Shown in pieces: positions 10,380-22,433 of a stretch of 64,000 nt of DNA. The stretch is from Torpedo marmorata (Eukaryota). The notes beneath the pieces were generated by a model, which saw only the letters and a program-made list of their open reading frames with translations, was not told where the DNA came from and did not search any database. The stretch spans positions 90,086,001-90,150,000 of the forward strand of contig OZ360222.1 in the NCBI GenBank assembly GCA_977017645.1, read 5' to 3'. Both the position numbers and the translations under genes were made by a program. Position 1 is the first letter of the stretch, and every line of letters starts with the position of its first letter.

Positions 10380-13300
10380 AAATCCTTAATCCAACAGCTT
10401 TCATATAAGGGCTCCATATTTTCAAAAAGAAATGATATTTATTCCGTAAGTTATAAGTAATTTTTTCAAGTGGTATACATGAACGAAGTTCTGCATGCCA
10501 TCTTTCTAGCCCTAAATCAACATCAGATTGCCAAGTAATAGCAATGCATTTCTTTGAAACAGCTAAAGCAATTCACAAAAATTCTATTTGATACATATTT
10601 AATTTCATCTTAATACTAAATTTTTTAATATCTCCAAACAAAAATATCATAGGATCCATCGGAAATATAATCTTAAATACTTTATCTAAAATTTTTTTAA
10701 CTTTAAACCAAAAATCATAGACTTTTGGACAAAACCACGTAGAATGTACAAAAGAACCTTCCTCTTTATTACATCTGAAACATAAACCTGATAATGTCGG
10801 GTTAAATTTTTTAAATTTTTTAGGTGTTAAATATAATTGAAAAAAATTGTATTGTACTAATCTATAGCTAACATTAATAATCTTCGTCATACTTAATTTA
10901 CATAATTCCTTCCAATGATTTTCATCTATTATTACATTCAAATCTAATTCCCATTTTAATCTTGATTTATGAATTCCTACTTTAGGAATTTTCCTCTGAA
11001 ACAATTTATACATTTGAGAAATAAATTTGTTTACATCTTCTTTAGTAACTAATAATTCTAATTCATTCTGTCTTGGTAAAGTCAAAGCATGACCTAATTT
11101 CTCAATCAAAAAAAGCTCTAATTTGATAATAAGCAAAAAGTGTATTATCTAATATATTAAATTTATCTTTCATTCTTTGAAAAGTAATAAATTTCCCAGC
11201 TTCAAAACAATCATTTATTTTCTTAATTCCTTTTTGAAACCAAATTTTGAATAGTTGATTATTAATAGTAAATGGAATAAGTCCATTTTGATATAAAGGC
11301 ATCCTTGAAGAAATCAATCTTTTTCCTCCTATTTCCTTATCCGTCTTATTCCATATTTCTAACAAATGTTTAAGAATAGGAGAATTTTTCTTTCTTATTG
11401 ATATTAATTTAGAATCCCATTTATAAATAACTTCTTCTTTAGAATCTTCTCCTATATTATTTAATTCTATTTTAATCCAAGCAGAAGATTTAGTTGAATC
11501 AAAAAATTCATTAACAAATTTTAATTGAGCTGCTTTATAATAATTTTGGAAATTAGGAAGTTGTAAACCACCCATTTCAAAATTCCAAGTTAATTTTTCC
11601 ATAACTACTCTTGCTAACTTTCCTTTCCATAAAAAATTCTAATAATTGAATTTAAAACTTTGAAAAATTTTGGAGGAATTTCATAAGGAATTGATTGAAA
11701 AAGATATTGAATTCTTGTAAAAACATTCATTTTAATACAATTTACTCTTCCCATTAAAGTTATAGGTAAATCTTTCCAATTTTCTAAATCCTTTTTTATT
11801 TTCACAAATAATGGTAAATAATTTAATTTATATAAATTAGCCAATTTTGTGTCAATCCTTATTCCCAAATATTTAATTCCTTCCTTTGCCCATTTAAATT
11901 GTGTAATTTCTTTACATTTACTATAATCCCCTTGTGATAATGCCATAATTTCACTTTTATCAGAATTAATTTTATATCCTGATATTTCCCCATATTCTCT
12001 CAATAACGCAGACAGTTGTACTAAAGATGTAGTAGATTTTGTCATATATATCAATACATCATCTGCAAATAAACTAATTTTATGTTCTTCCGTTCCAACT
12101 TTAATACCAACTATTTTAGGATCTTTTCTGACTAATTCTGCCAAAGGTTCTATCGCCAAAATAAATAACGCTGGTGACAAAGGACATCCTTGTCTAGTAG
12201 ATCGAGTCAAAGGAAATCTTGAAGAAATCTGTCCATTTGTAACCACTTTAGCAGATGGTTCTTTATATATAGTTTTAATCCAATTAATAAACGTAATTCC
12301 AAAACCAAATTTCTCCAACACCTTAAATAAAAAATTCCACTCTAGTCTATCAAAAGCCTTTTCGGCATCTAACGTTAATACTAATGGTAAATCTTCTTTC
12401 TTTTTTTGTAAATTAATTAATCTAGCTATATTATCTTTTGAATATCTATTCTTAATAAAACCAGCTTGGTCTACATGAATTAAATCTGGTAAATAATTGG
12501 CCATCCTATTAGCTATTATCTTGTAATCTACATTTAACAATGAAATAGGTCTATATGACTCAGTTTTCAATACATCTCTATCTTTTTTTGGTATAACTGT
12601 AATTATTGCATTTAAAAATGTATCCGGTAGTGAATGGGTTTCCGTAATTTGATTTAATACATCCATATACAGAGGTATCAATAACTCTTTAAACTCTTTA
12701 TAAAATTCTGCTGGAAATCCATCATCACCTGGAGATTTACCACTCGTTAAAGAAGTAAGAACTTCATTAACTTCCCTCATTGAGAAAGGTAAATCTAAAG
12801 CTTCTCTACTTTGAATATTTAATTTAGGTAATGTAATCTTGGATAAAAATCTATTAATTTTAGAATCATCTTTTTTTTAAAAAATATTTTATTTAAATTT
12901 TAAAATCACAAAATACATAGATCAAAAATAATATATCATTCCAAATACATGTGATATATTTCCTCCCTCCCTCCCACCCTCCCCTCCCCAACCCCCCCTA
13001 CCACTACTCTAAAGGAAAAAAATATATATAAAAAAAAAGAAAAAAAAAAAGAATAAAAAGAAAAGAGTTGAATAATAAAGAATTAAAGTGAGGAGAAAAC
13101 AAACTACAAACTAATTCTATTTATATATTGGAGGTTAATTTCGCCAGCGGAGCCGACTTCCAGAGAATTAATTCATATCCATAATTCTCATATATGGGCT
13201 CCAAATTTTCAAAAAGAAATGATATTTATTACGTAGATTATACGTAATCTTTTCTAATGGTATACATGAACGTAATTCTGCATGCAATCTATCTAAATTC

Positions 13301-14887
13301 AAATCTAAATCTGATTTCCAAGTAATAGCAATACATTTTTTTGAAACCGCTAAAACAATTCGTAAAAATTCTATTTGATACATATTTAATCTATTTCTAA
13401 TACTAAATTTTTTAATATCTCCAAATAAAAATAACATAGGATCCATAATATTAAAAATTCTATCTAAAAAATCTTTAACTTTAGACCAAAAATCCTTAAT
13501 TTTAGGACATAACCATGTTGAATGAACAAAAGAACCAATTTCATCCTTGCATCTAAAACACATATCTGATAATGCCGGATTAAATTTCTTTAATTTTTTA
13601 GGTATTTTAGAATCATCTTGATCAATCTGAGATTTATATAAATTTAAATAATAATCCTTAAAAGAATCATTTATTTCTCGAGGTTTATAAGTTATTTCCC
13701 TAGAATTCTTTTTCTTAATAGCATTTATAGTTCTAGAAGTTTGATCTTTTTTTAATTGCCACGCCAAAACTTTATGTGCTCTTTCCCCTAATTCATAATA
13801 CCTTTGTTTAGTTCTTTCAATTAATTTTTCCATTTTATATGTTTGTAATAAATTATAATGTAATTTTTTCCCAACTAAATTATTCCTTTTTTGAATTGAT
13901 CTATTTTTTTGTAAGTCTTTTTCCAAAAACTCAATTTCCTTCTCTAAATTATTAACCTCTCTAAGATAATCCTTCTTAATTTTTGCTGAATAACTTATTA
14001 TCTGACCTCTTAAATAAGCTTTTAAGGCTTCCCATATAATAAATTTATTATTAGTAGAATTAGAATTTATTTGTAAAAATTCCTGAATTTCCCTTCTCAT
14101 ATAATCACAAAAATCTTTTTTAATAAAGAAGAATTAAATCTCCAGTTATATACAGTTTTTTCTTTTTCCGGAATTATACAAGATATTAGTAAAGGTGAAT
14201 GATCAGAAAATATTCTCGCTTTATAAATTGCTTGCGTTATTCTATCTTGAACCTGTGAAGATAACAAAAATAAATCTATTCTAGAATATGAATCATGTCT
14301 AAAAGAATAAAACAAATAATCTTTTTCTCTAGGATTCAGTTTCCTCCAAATATCTATTAAATTTAAATCTTTCATCAAAGTAAGAACTTTTTTAGCAATT
14401 TTAGTTCTAACAAGTGATCTTGAAGTTTTATCCATTATTGGATCTAAACAACAGTTGAAATCTCCACCAACTAAAATATTCTCATTAGCTTCTGACAAGT
14501 GTAAAAAAGAATCTTGAATAAACTGTTCATCATCTACATTTGGAACATACAAATTCATAAGTGTCCAAAATTCTGAATATATCTGACAATGAACAATAAC
14601 ATATCTACCTGCCACATCTGTAACTATCGATTGTATATTAAAAGGTAACTTTTTATTAATTAATATAGCTACCCTCTTGCTTTAGAGTTAAATGAAGAAG
14701 CCACCACTTGACCAACCCATTCTCTTTTTAATTTTTGGTGTTCCGAATCTACCAAATGCGTCTCTTGTAGAAAAGCTATATCTACATTCAACTTTTTAAT
14801 ATACGCTAAAGTTCTCTTTCTTTTAATCGGATTGTTGAGCCGATTTATATTAATACTTACTACATTTATTTCTTTGCTATCCATCAT
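10380..14887 (-). pseudogene. L1 ORF2 (APE endonuclease-RT-CCHC), frameshifted and split by a nested L1
   Basis: FLQETH, GGDFN, SRID, SDH (EN); KSPGDDG, YRPISLLN, DAEKAFD, RQGCPLSP, FADD (RT); CFRC..HSTWFC. Confidence 0.93.
12873..13603 (-). mobile_element. 5'-truncated L1 nested in ORF2 of the full-length L1
   Basis: 16-bp TSD attttagaatcatctt at 12857-12872 and 13604-13619; has its own ORF2 C-terminus, 3' UTR and tail. Confidence 0.93.
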
Positions 14888-15169
14888 TGCCAAGCTTTAT
14901 CAAATCTCCTTTGATCAAATCTATCAGCTCTCCCCTCCAAGATTGTAAACTACTTGACATCTCCTTGAAAAAAACAATAAAAAGAAATAAAAAAAGAAGA
15001 AAAAACAAAACCCCAATGAATAAAATACTGGTGAAATTACTCCAGTATTACCCCCCTCCATTGTTCGAGAAGAGGCTCTCGCCACTAAAGTGGTGTATGG
15101 CTAGGAAGAAGAGAGACAAAAAGTCCACCTCCCCCCAACAGATTTTACAAAACATTTATAATCGTAACT

Positions 15170-16561
15170 TCATTTAATTGACCCAATGTCTACATTGTCT
15201 TGATCTTCTTCAGTCTGAACATCGATTTCCTTGTCTTTTCTTGAAATTCCTGGCAAAGAAACTTGTAATGATGAAATCTCTTGACCATATTGATAGCCCA
15301 TCAAATCTTCATTTCTCTTCAAAGTAGGAAGAGCTTGTGCATGCAGTAGCGCTTGTTGGGGATCCATAAAAGGGATAGAATGATTATCTCCAGTTTGAAT
15401 CTTCAAAATCATAGGGTATTTAAAAGAAAACTTGTACCCTTTTTGCCAGAGAAACAATTTTGTTGAGTTAAATTCTTTCCGACTGTTAACCACCACAGCA
15501 GACAGATCAGGATAAAAAAGGACTCTATTATCATTAACCATCAGTGGAGATTTTTCAATTTTCGCTTTATGAATAGCTGCTCTTAATATTTTTTCTCTAT
15601 CTTGAAATCGGAGACATTTAATCAAGACAGGACGTGATCTTTGACCCATATACTGGTCTCGTGGCCCAATTCTATGTGCTCTTTCCAACTCCACTGGCTT
15701 ATCCAAAGACAATACCTGAACAAGCCAATCTTGAAAAAATTGAGTTATATCCTGTTTTTCAAAATATTCAGAAAGTCCCACAATTTTAATATTATTTCTC
15801 CGGCTTTGATTTTCCAATTGATCCAATTTCTGTAAAAGTTGATTTCTTTGTTGTTCCCAACCTGTAAATGAATCTTCTATTTTGTCAACTCTTTCCTTAT
15901 GGTCCACGAATTCTTCATAATTATTTTTGACATCCTTATCAATATCTTGAACTTTAGCTTTCACTGTATTTAAATTATTTCTCAAACCTTTTACATCTTG
16001 TTTCACCTCTTTAATTTCTTCTGCCATTGACTTAAATCCAAACTCTATACGAGATTCCATACTTGCAATAGCCTTGAGTATTTGTTGTAAAGTTTGGCTT
16101 ATTGAGGAATCCTCTTCAGCTGAGTCCTCAAGGTTACCTTTCAGTTCCCTCATCTGTTGTTGTAACTTTTGTTTTGATTCTTTTGCCTTGTCTTCAGAGT
16201 CTGATGATGTTTCATGCTCCACAGCGTATAGTAACGTCTGTGGAGCGTCTCCTCTGCTGTCAGATTCCTCTGACAGTTCACGTTGTCTATCGCGCATGCG
16301 CGTCTTATTGCGCATGCGCGGCTGTTCCAGGATCATTCTTGTAGTTTTTCTCCGAGCGCCGGCGCCATCTTCCCCAGCTCCCTGGGAGAGTAGCGCCGGC
16401 GCTGCAGTTACTTTCGGCAACCTTGATCGAGACGTCTTCGGAGGGAAGGTTACCTGAGTCTCAGGCTCCATCGAGCGGGTAGGCCTTTTTTCCTCTTGCA
16501 GTAAAACTGTTTGTAACAATGCTTTCTTTGCTTTTTGCACTTTGGTTTTTCTAGAGGCCAT
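15170..16561 (-). CDS. L1 ORF1p (coiled coil + RRM + CTD), open frame starting at Met MASRKTK
   Basis: Heptad-rich coiled coil, ENQSRRNNIKIVGL, ERAHR, RPVLIK..FQDREKIL, FYPDLS. Confidence 0.9.
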   Translation of the reverse strand: MASRKTKVQKAKKALLQTVLLQEEKRPTRSMEPETQVTFPPKTSRSRLPKVTAAPALLSQGAGEDGAGARRKTTRMILEQPRMRNKTRMRDRQRELSEESDSRGDAPQTLLYAVEHETSSDSEDKAKESKQKLQQQMRELKGNLEDSAEEDSSISQTLQQILKAIASMESRIEFGFKSMAEEIKEVKQDVKGLRNNLNTVKAKVQDIDKDVKNNYEEFVDHKERVDKIEDSFTGWEQQRNQLLQKLDQLENQSRRNNIKIVGLSEYFEKQDITQFFQDWLVQVLSLDKPVELERAHRIGPRDQYMGQRSRPVLIKCLRFQDREKILRAAIHKAKIEKSPLMVNDNRVLFYPDLSAVVVNSRKEFNSTKLFLWQKGYKFSFKYPMILKIQTGDNHSIPFMDPQQALLHAQALPTLKRNEDLMGYQYGQEISSLQVSLPGISRKDKEIDVQTEEDQDNVDIGSIK

Positions 16562-17159
16562 TGCTAAACAGGTAATAATAGTATTCAATCTGTTTTAAAT
16601 TATATGAAGTTATTTAAATTACTTTTTTTAACTAAATCTGTGGGGAGAGGTGTATTCTCACGTCTTCAGCCTACGCCATCACGCCACACCCCCTCCATGT
16701 GTTCTTACTTTGAGTATTAGATTTAAATTATCAGCTTTGATGATGTGTCAGCACACAAAAAGTTAGGGTGAATTTCTTTCCATTCTTGTCATAAGTATTG
16801 CCTTCTTAATATTTTGCAATGAAATAATACAACTTTAGAATTTTCTGTATATGGTTTTTCTGCTTAAAAATATTCTGTAATTTATATTCCAAGCAAATAA
16901 ACACCAAATGATATACCTTGGGCATGCTCCCAGATTTCCTCTCATAACACTGGACTTAGTTTGGGAGAAGACTTCCCTCTTAATACCCAACGACCACTCT
17001 TTCATGAGCTGCTGTTTAGCTATTTGATGCCTATAGTGCCAGGTTGCTATAGTCAACAAAATTGTTTAGCTTCGGATTTTGTTACTGTGAATGGTTTTGT
17101 TTTCCCAATTTTTGTTACTCCATGCTGCAATTGTGCAATAACTTCTGCCACGCACATTC

Positions 17160-17920
17160 CTCTGACAACACACCTGTCCACATTGATGGGACGGAGGTGG
17201 AGAGGGTAAGTTCCTGGAAGTCCACATATCAGAAGACCTCTCCTGGAGCCAGCACATCGCAGCAACTGTGAAGAAGGCACATCAATGCCTATACTTTCCA
17301 AGAAGTCTGAGGAGATTTGGTATGCCGTCGCCTATGTTAAACATCTCGAGGTGCACTATGGAAAGTATACTGACTGTTTGCATCACAGTCTGATTTGGTC
17401 ATTTGAGTGCCCAGGAACACAGAATGCTGCAGAAAGTAGCAAACCTAGCCATGTCTATCGTGGCCACCGACCTCCCATTCATTGAGGACATTTTAGGGAG
17501 GCACTGCCTCAAGACGGCAGCCAACATCATAAAGGACCCCCATCACACTGGTCACAACCTCTTCTCACTGCTTTGGGTAGAAGGCGCAGAAGCCTGAAGA
17601 CCTGTAATGTTAGATTCAAGAACTGTTTCTCTTCAACAGCTCTTAGGCGCTTCTACCTCCCCTTGTTATATTTATTATGGACTGCTCCGACACTGCAAAA
17701 AGGACTGACTGCTCTATTGTAACACCACTTTTTTTGCACGATAGTAACTGTGAACATTATTATCTATTTTTTGTATTTATTATCTATTTTTAATTTAATT
17801 TAATGACTAATATTACAGTTGTTTTTTTAAGAAATAACTGTTCAGCTGCAGCAAGTAAAAACTTTTGGTGCATGTGTACATTGTACAATGAAAATGGCAA
17901 TAATCCTATTATCATTATCA
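17160..17920 (+). mobile_element. Rex1/Babar-type LINE 3' fragment
   Basis: PVHIDGTEVERV, LQKVANLA, AANIIKDPHHTGH; tail attatcattatca. Confidence 0.8.
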
Positions 17921-18182
17921 CTTCACTTTACAAGGTGGTTTATTTGGACCAATTTAGAGTGGGAACCTCCACTGGAGAAGAAATTCCAAGTCACAGACAA
18001 AGGTTTCCTTACCACAAACTTTAATCTCTTAGTACACCTTGTTAAAAAGAGAATCCTCACAGTCAAACTATCTATTATGTTCAGCCCTCCACTGCAGCAT
18101 CATTTCACAATACTTCCCACAGTTTTCACAGTGTTAGATTATTATAAAACAAGAGCGCATATCTGCCACAAAAATGAAATAT

Positions 18183-18535
18183 TCTGGACAGAGTAGATGT
18201 GACAAGGATGTTGCCCATGGTAGGGCATTCTAGGACAAGAGGGCATAATTTCAGGATAAAAGGGTGTCAATTTAAAACAGAGGCAGAAAAATTTCTTTAG
18301 TCAGAGGGTCGTGAGTCTGTGGAACTTGTTGCCACAGGTGGCTGTGGAAGCAAGGTCGTTGGGTGTATTTAAGGCAGAGATTGACAAGTGTTTGATCAGT
18401 CAGGGCATCAAGGGTTATGGGGAGAAAGCCAAGGGAGTGGGGTAAAGTGGGAGGATGGATCAGCTCATGATTAGAATGGCAGAGCAGACTCGATGGACCA
18501 ATGGGCCTACTTCTGCTCCTATATCTTGTGATTCT
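18183..18535 (+). mobile_element. CR1 LINE 3' end
   Basis: RTRGH-like segment (aggacaagagggcat), FFSQRVV..WN and the CR1 terminal stem-loop. Confidence 0.8.
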
Positions 18536-19200
18536 AAACTAACAAATAGAAAATGTAAAGAACAACAGGTTAGGCAGCATCTGTGGAAAGTGAGTCTGAG
18601 TAAGACAATGACTTTCATGTGATCTAAGTTCTCATGTATATTTATGAATAGAAAGTTAGTGTTACTATCCATGCCAACATTTATTGTCCTCTTTGTTCGG
18701 TGACAATGTAGGTGATTGTCCCAGGAAGAACCAACTAACTGGCCTCAGAAGGCAGCCAAGAGTCAATTGCTTTGTTTTGGACTGATGGAAAGAATCATGC
18801 CTTTCCTCTCCTAAAATAAAGCCTTTGAATTTTTAATAACAATGCAATAAATTCTAAATTATTTATTGTTTTTTTTCCCCCAAATTGACTACAATGTCTC
18901 AAATTGATTTGGTATGATTTGATTTTGTGTTTTTTGAGATGTTGAAAATGGCATTGGATTACTGGTTTAGTTGCATAACTGTAACATTACCACACCTTTT
19001 TACCAGCATATAATGCAGGTCATATAAAGGCAAGTTCCCTGCCTTTACTCCTGATGTGGATGCTGTACCCATTCTACAGCTGTGGAGCAGCAAGAACATG
19101 TTCAAAGAGGAAGGAAAATTAGAAACTGCAGGATGACTAAATAAAGCTTTGTGAAGGCTACCGTAGATTTTGGATGCCAGAAAAACACAATTGAAATTGT

Positions 19201-19337
19201 AAAACACGAAAATCTGTAGACACCGTGGTTGAAGTAAAAAAACACAAAATGCTGGAGAAACTCAGCAGGTCAAACAGTGTCTTTTATGTAGCAAAGGTAG
19301 AAATACATAACCGACGTTTTGGGCTTGAGCCCTTCAT
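19201..19337 (-). mobile_element. 137-bp Penelope (Neptune) insertion with a 15-bp TSD
   Basis: Near-identical to 35917-36051; TSD cacaattgaaattgt at 19186-19200 and 19338-19352. Confidence 0.9.
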
Positions 19338-20307
19338 CACAATTGAAATTGTGCCTATTTTCTGAGTGTTTCCATCCTTTATAAATTACTGAACCTTTCC
19401 AGCCTCACATTCCAAAATAACAACTTATTGCTTAAGTGCTTTAAGTAGATTTCAACAATCCAAGATTTGGAGGGTATGCCAGGTTGACAACATCGCATTA
19501 ATCTTGAATTTCCTTCATACTAAAATCTAGGGACTTGGTGGATTGTAACTTTGTCCTTTCACCTCTTACATCTGGACACTTAGCCATCCCAAAGGGAATG
19601 TTGAATGGATTCCACTTTCCCAAGCACTGTCATAACTTCTCAATTAAATCAGGGTTTGCATGTCAACTACTAGTATTAATTCGGCTATTTAATTTGAAAA
19701 GACCGCAACATGGGATCTGTGGGAAGGAGTTAAATTACATTATTGCAGCAGCAGAATCTAAGCATTAGCAGTCGGAAAGTAGTTAAAGAACGTGGTTATA
19801 GTATCAGTTGTTAATAGAGCCCACAAGTGAGCTAATGCAGTAAGAATTTTTCATAGCTATTTATTGAATGTACACTTTGATCTTTTGGCATAAGACTGAT
19901 TGTGGCTCTTCACGCATTTTGGGGATAAGTTATGGCAAACCATGTCACAGAATTTATTTTAAGTGTGGAGAATGGATAATCCAGAAATTATGCAGACCCA
20001 AGAGAATAATAAAATTCTTGTTTGAAGAAATTTCGGGAGTTTGGGATTGAAAGACTCTGGGCAGTTCGATAATTCAAATTTAATTGCTTACTGTTCAGGG
20101 CATATACTTGAATTATAATATCTACACTACGAGCACACGAAGATACTCAGTCATCAAACAGTCTGAACTTTGAAATGTTCAGTTGAAATGATGGGGATAA
20201 TGTGTCAGGCGAGACATGTATCAGCTTATTCCTTCAGTAAAGCCTATTATTTTTTCCTGTGCACTCACCTTCACCCCTACTACCTCTGGTGACACTATGG
20301 CTGTTGC

Positions 20308-21052
20308 ATTCAAGATTCAAGATTCAATTTATTGTAATAAGACAGTGTCATATTCCATGAAATTTCTTTTTGCCTGCTGCAAGGCAGACAGATTCGCCAC
20401 TGGCAGAAATTGCCTAAGCGCCTCTAACTTTCCTTACAGTCAGAGAAAGAGAAGCAAAAGACAGTCCCCCCCAGAGTCACCGAGTGTCCGTAGATTCACC
20501 TCCAGCTCTTCCGCAGCCTCCGCAGCCACACAGAGTCCAGTCCAAACGATCAGCATCCCGAGCTCCAGATCCGAACCTCCAACACGGTCAGGGCGCCCTC
20601 GGCACCCCCTCGCATCCCGGTTCCGATACCTGGTACTCCTCCAGCCAGTTCGAGCCAGCCTCCAGCAGTCCGCAGCCCGGCGTGAGTCCCCCGACAGCAG
20701 TCTCCAGCAGCCCACAGCCTCCGCGGGTTCCTCGCCTCAAGTCGCCAGCAGCCCACAGCATGCACTGGTCCTTCAGCCTCAGAGCCCCTCACCGTCCCGT
20801 GGGTCGTCTCCTCTGCTTCTCCTTCTCAGACGGCGGGGGGGGGGTGGTGGTGGGGGGTTATCTTCCTGTCCTCTTGTGCCCTGCTCCAGTCCTCCGCTTC
20901 CCCGGAATCTGCAGCCCCTCGTGGCTGCTGCCGGTTAAAAGGCGCTGCCATCATGGGCGCAGACCCCGTGGTCGTGGGATCTTAAATAAAACCACTGTCG
21001 GCTCCTTTAACGGGCCCTTCAAAGCCCGTGCGGAACCGACGGCAGTCGACTC
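20308..21052 (-). mobile_element. GC/CpG-rich non-coding retroposon with a (TTGAATC)n tail
   Basis: AATAAA and a microsatellite tail at 20308-20335 (minus). Its 5' end 21022-21051 matches 63206-63235. No credible ORF. Confidence 0.65.
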
Positions 21053-21084
<32 letters not shown>

Positions 21085-21199
21085 AAATTAACTCAGGTTT
21101 TACTGATAATAATTGTGATTTAAACCTCACTTACTGGAGATGGCTCGAAAGATAGGACTCCTCAGTTCACCAGCCTTAAATGTGTACTAATTATGGAAA

Positions 21200-21680
21200 A
21201 ATGCTGGAGAAAATCAACAGGTCACGTGGCATCTGTAGGAAGTAAAGGGTAACTAACATTTCAGGCCTGAACCCTTCGTTAAGATATGAGCAAAAGACAG
21301 GCAGATGCCTGAATAAAAAGGTGGGGGGGGGAAGAAGAGAGGAGGGAGAATGGGGCATGGGGAGGAGCACAGGCGAACAAGGAAGAGGTCATGGGTGGAT
21401 ACAGGTGGGAGGGGAGAAGAGAAAAAAGCTGAAGTGATATGGGGAATGGCAGCTCTCTGATAGTAGAGGGAAGGAAAGGGGGCAGGGAGCTGGAAGAATA
21501 GAGACAGAGGGAAAAGGAAAGAGAGAGACATGGGGGAGGGGTCTAGCACCTTGATGAAGGACTCAGGTCTGAAACGTTAGTGACCCTTTACTTTCTATAG
21601 ATGCTATGTTATCTGCTGAGTTCCTCCAGCACTTTTATACATTGCACTTGACCAAGCATCTGCAAACTCTCTGTTTAACT
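21200..21680. mobile_element. Non-autonomous Penelope-derived element with inverted hammerhead-bearing arms and a 13-bp TSD
   Basis: TSD ctaattatggaaa at 21187-21199 and 21681-21693. Arms ~21200-21283 and ~21550-21635 are inverted. ttgatgaaggactcaggtctgaaacgtt at 21551-21578. Confidence 0.8.
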
Positions 21681-22433
21681 CTAATTATGGAAATTATATT
21701 TAGTGTAAATATTAATATATTAATGAAATGGAATGATAAACATTCATAATAATCAAAGTACCCTTTCCTAATTAATCATGTAACTTATTCTGACACTGGG
21801 CTTTTCGACAAACCAGTCCTTGCTCTCAGTTGACCCCCTCTGCACTCTGAAATTGCCTTAAACATTCTGCCTCTTCTGCCTCTCCTTTAGAAATTTCTTA
21901 AAGTACATCATTTTGTCGAAGCTAATCGTCATATCTCTGAAAATTTCTTCGAGATCATTATCCATGTAATTCTTCCATGAAGCACTTTGAGGTATTTCTT
22001 CTGCATTAAAGTTGTTAAAAGCATAGCCTAGAAATTAAGATGCACCATTAGAGGTGTGTGCTCCATATGTTCCTTCCAACGGCCAGTTTGGACATGATTC
22101 CGCTGCTGCAAGGCCTTGTGTGCCACTTAATTGGCATTGTACTTTCTCCTTCCTGTGCAATGGAGAATGTACGATTGGGACTGAGGCTCCGTCTTGGGAT
22201 TGCGGAGGGGGGGAATGCGCATTCAAAATATGAGCACTGTTGAAGGGCCGAGAGAGTGGACATTTTAGTTTGGCTGTTGGGAGGATCAGGACATAAGGGC
22301 TCTGGTCAGATCGCTGTTGGATTGGGGCTGGATGGGCTAGTGTTAGGTTTGACTATTGACCATTTGGTCAAAGTCAATGTGATTCACAAACTTTTTTGTC
22401 ACAGGATCATTCCAGTTAGCCACAGCAGATCCT

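Larger units (their letters stand above)
10115..16695 (-). mobile_element. Full-length L1 LINE (5' UTR, ORF1, ORF2, 3' UTR) with a 16-bp TSD
   Basis: TSD catgtgttcttacttt at 10099-10114 and 16696-16711; intact ORF1; APE endonuclease, RT and CCHC motifs in a frameshifted ORF2. Confidence 0.96.
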
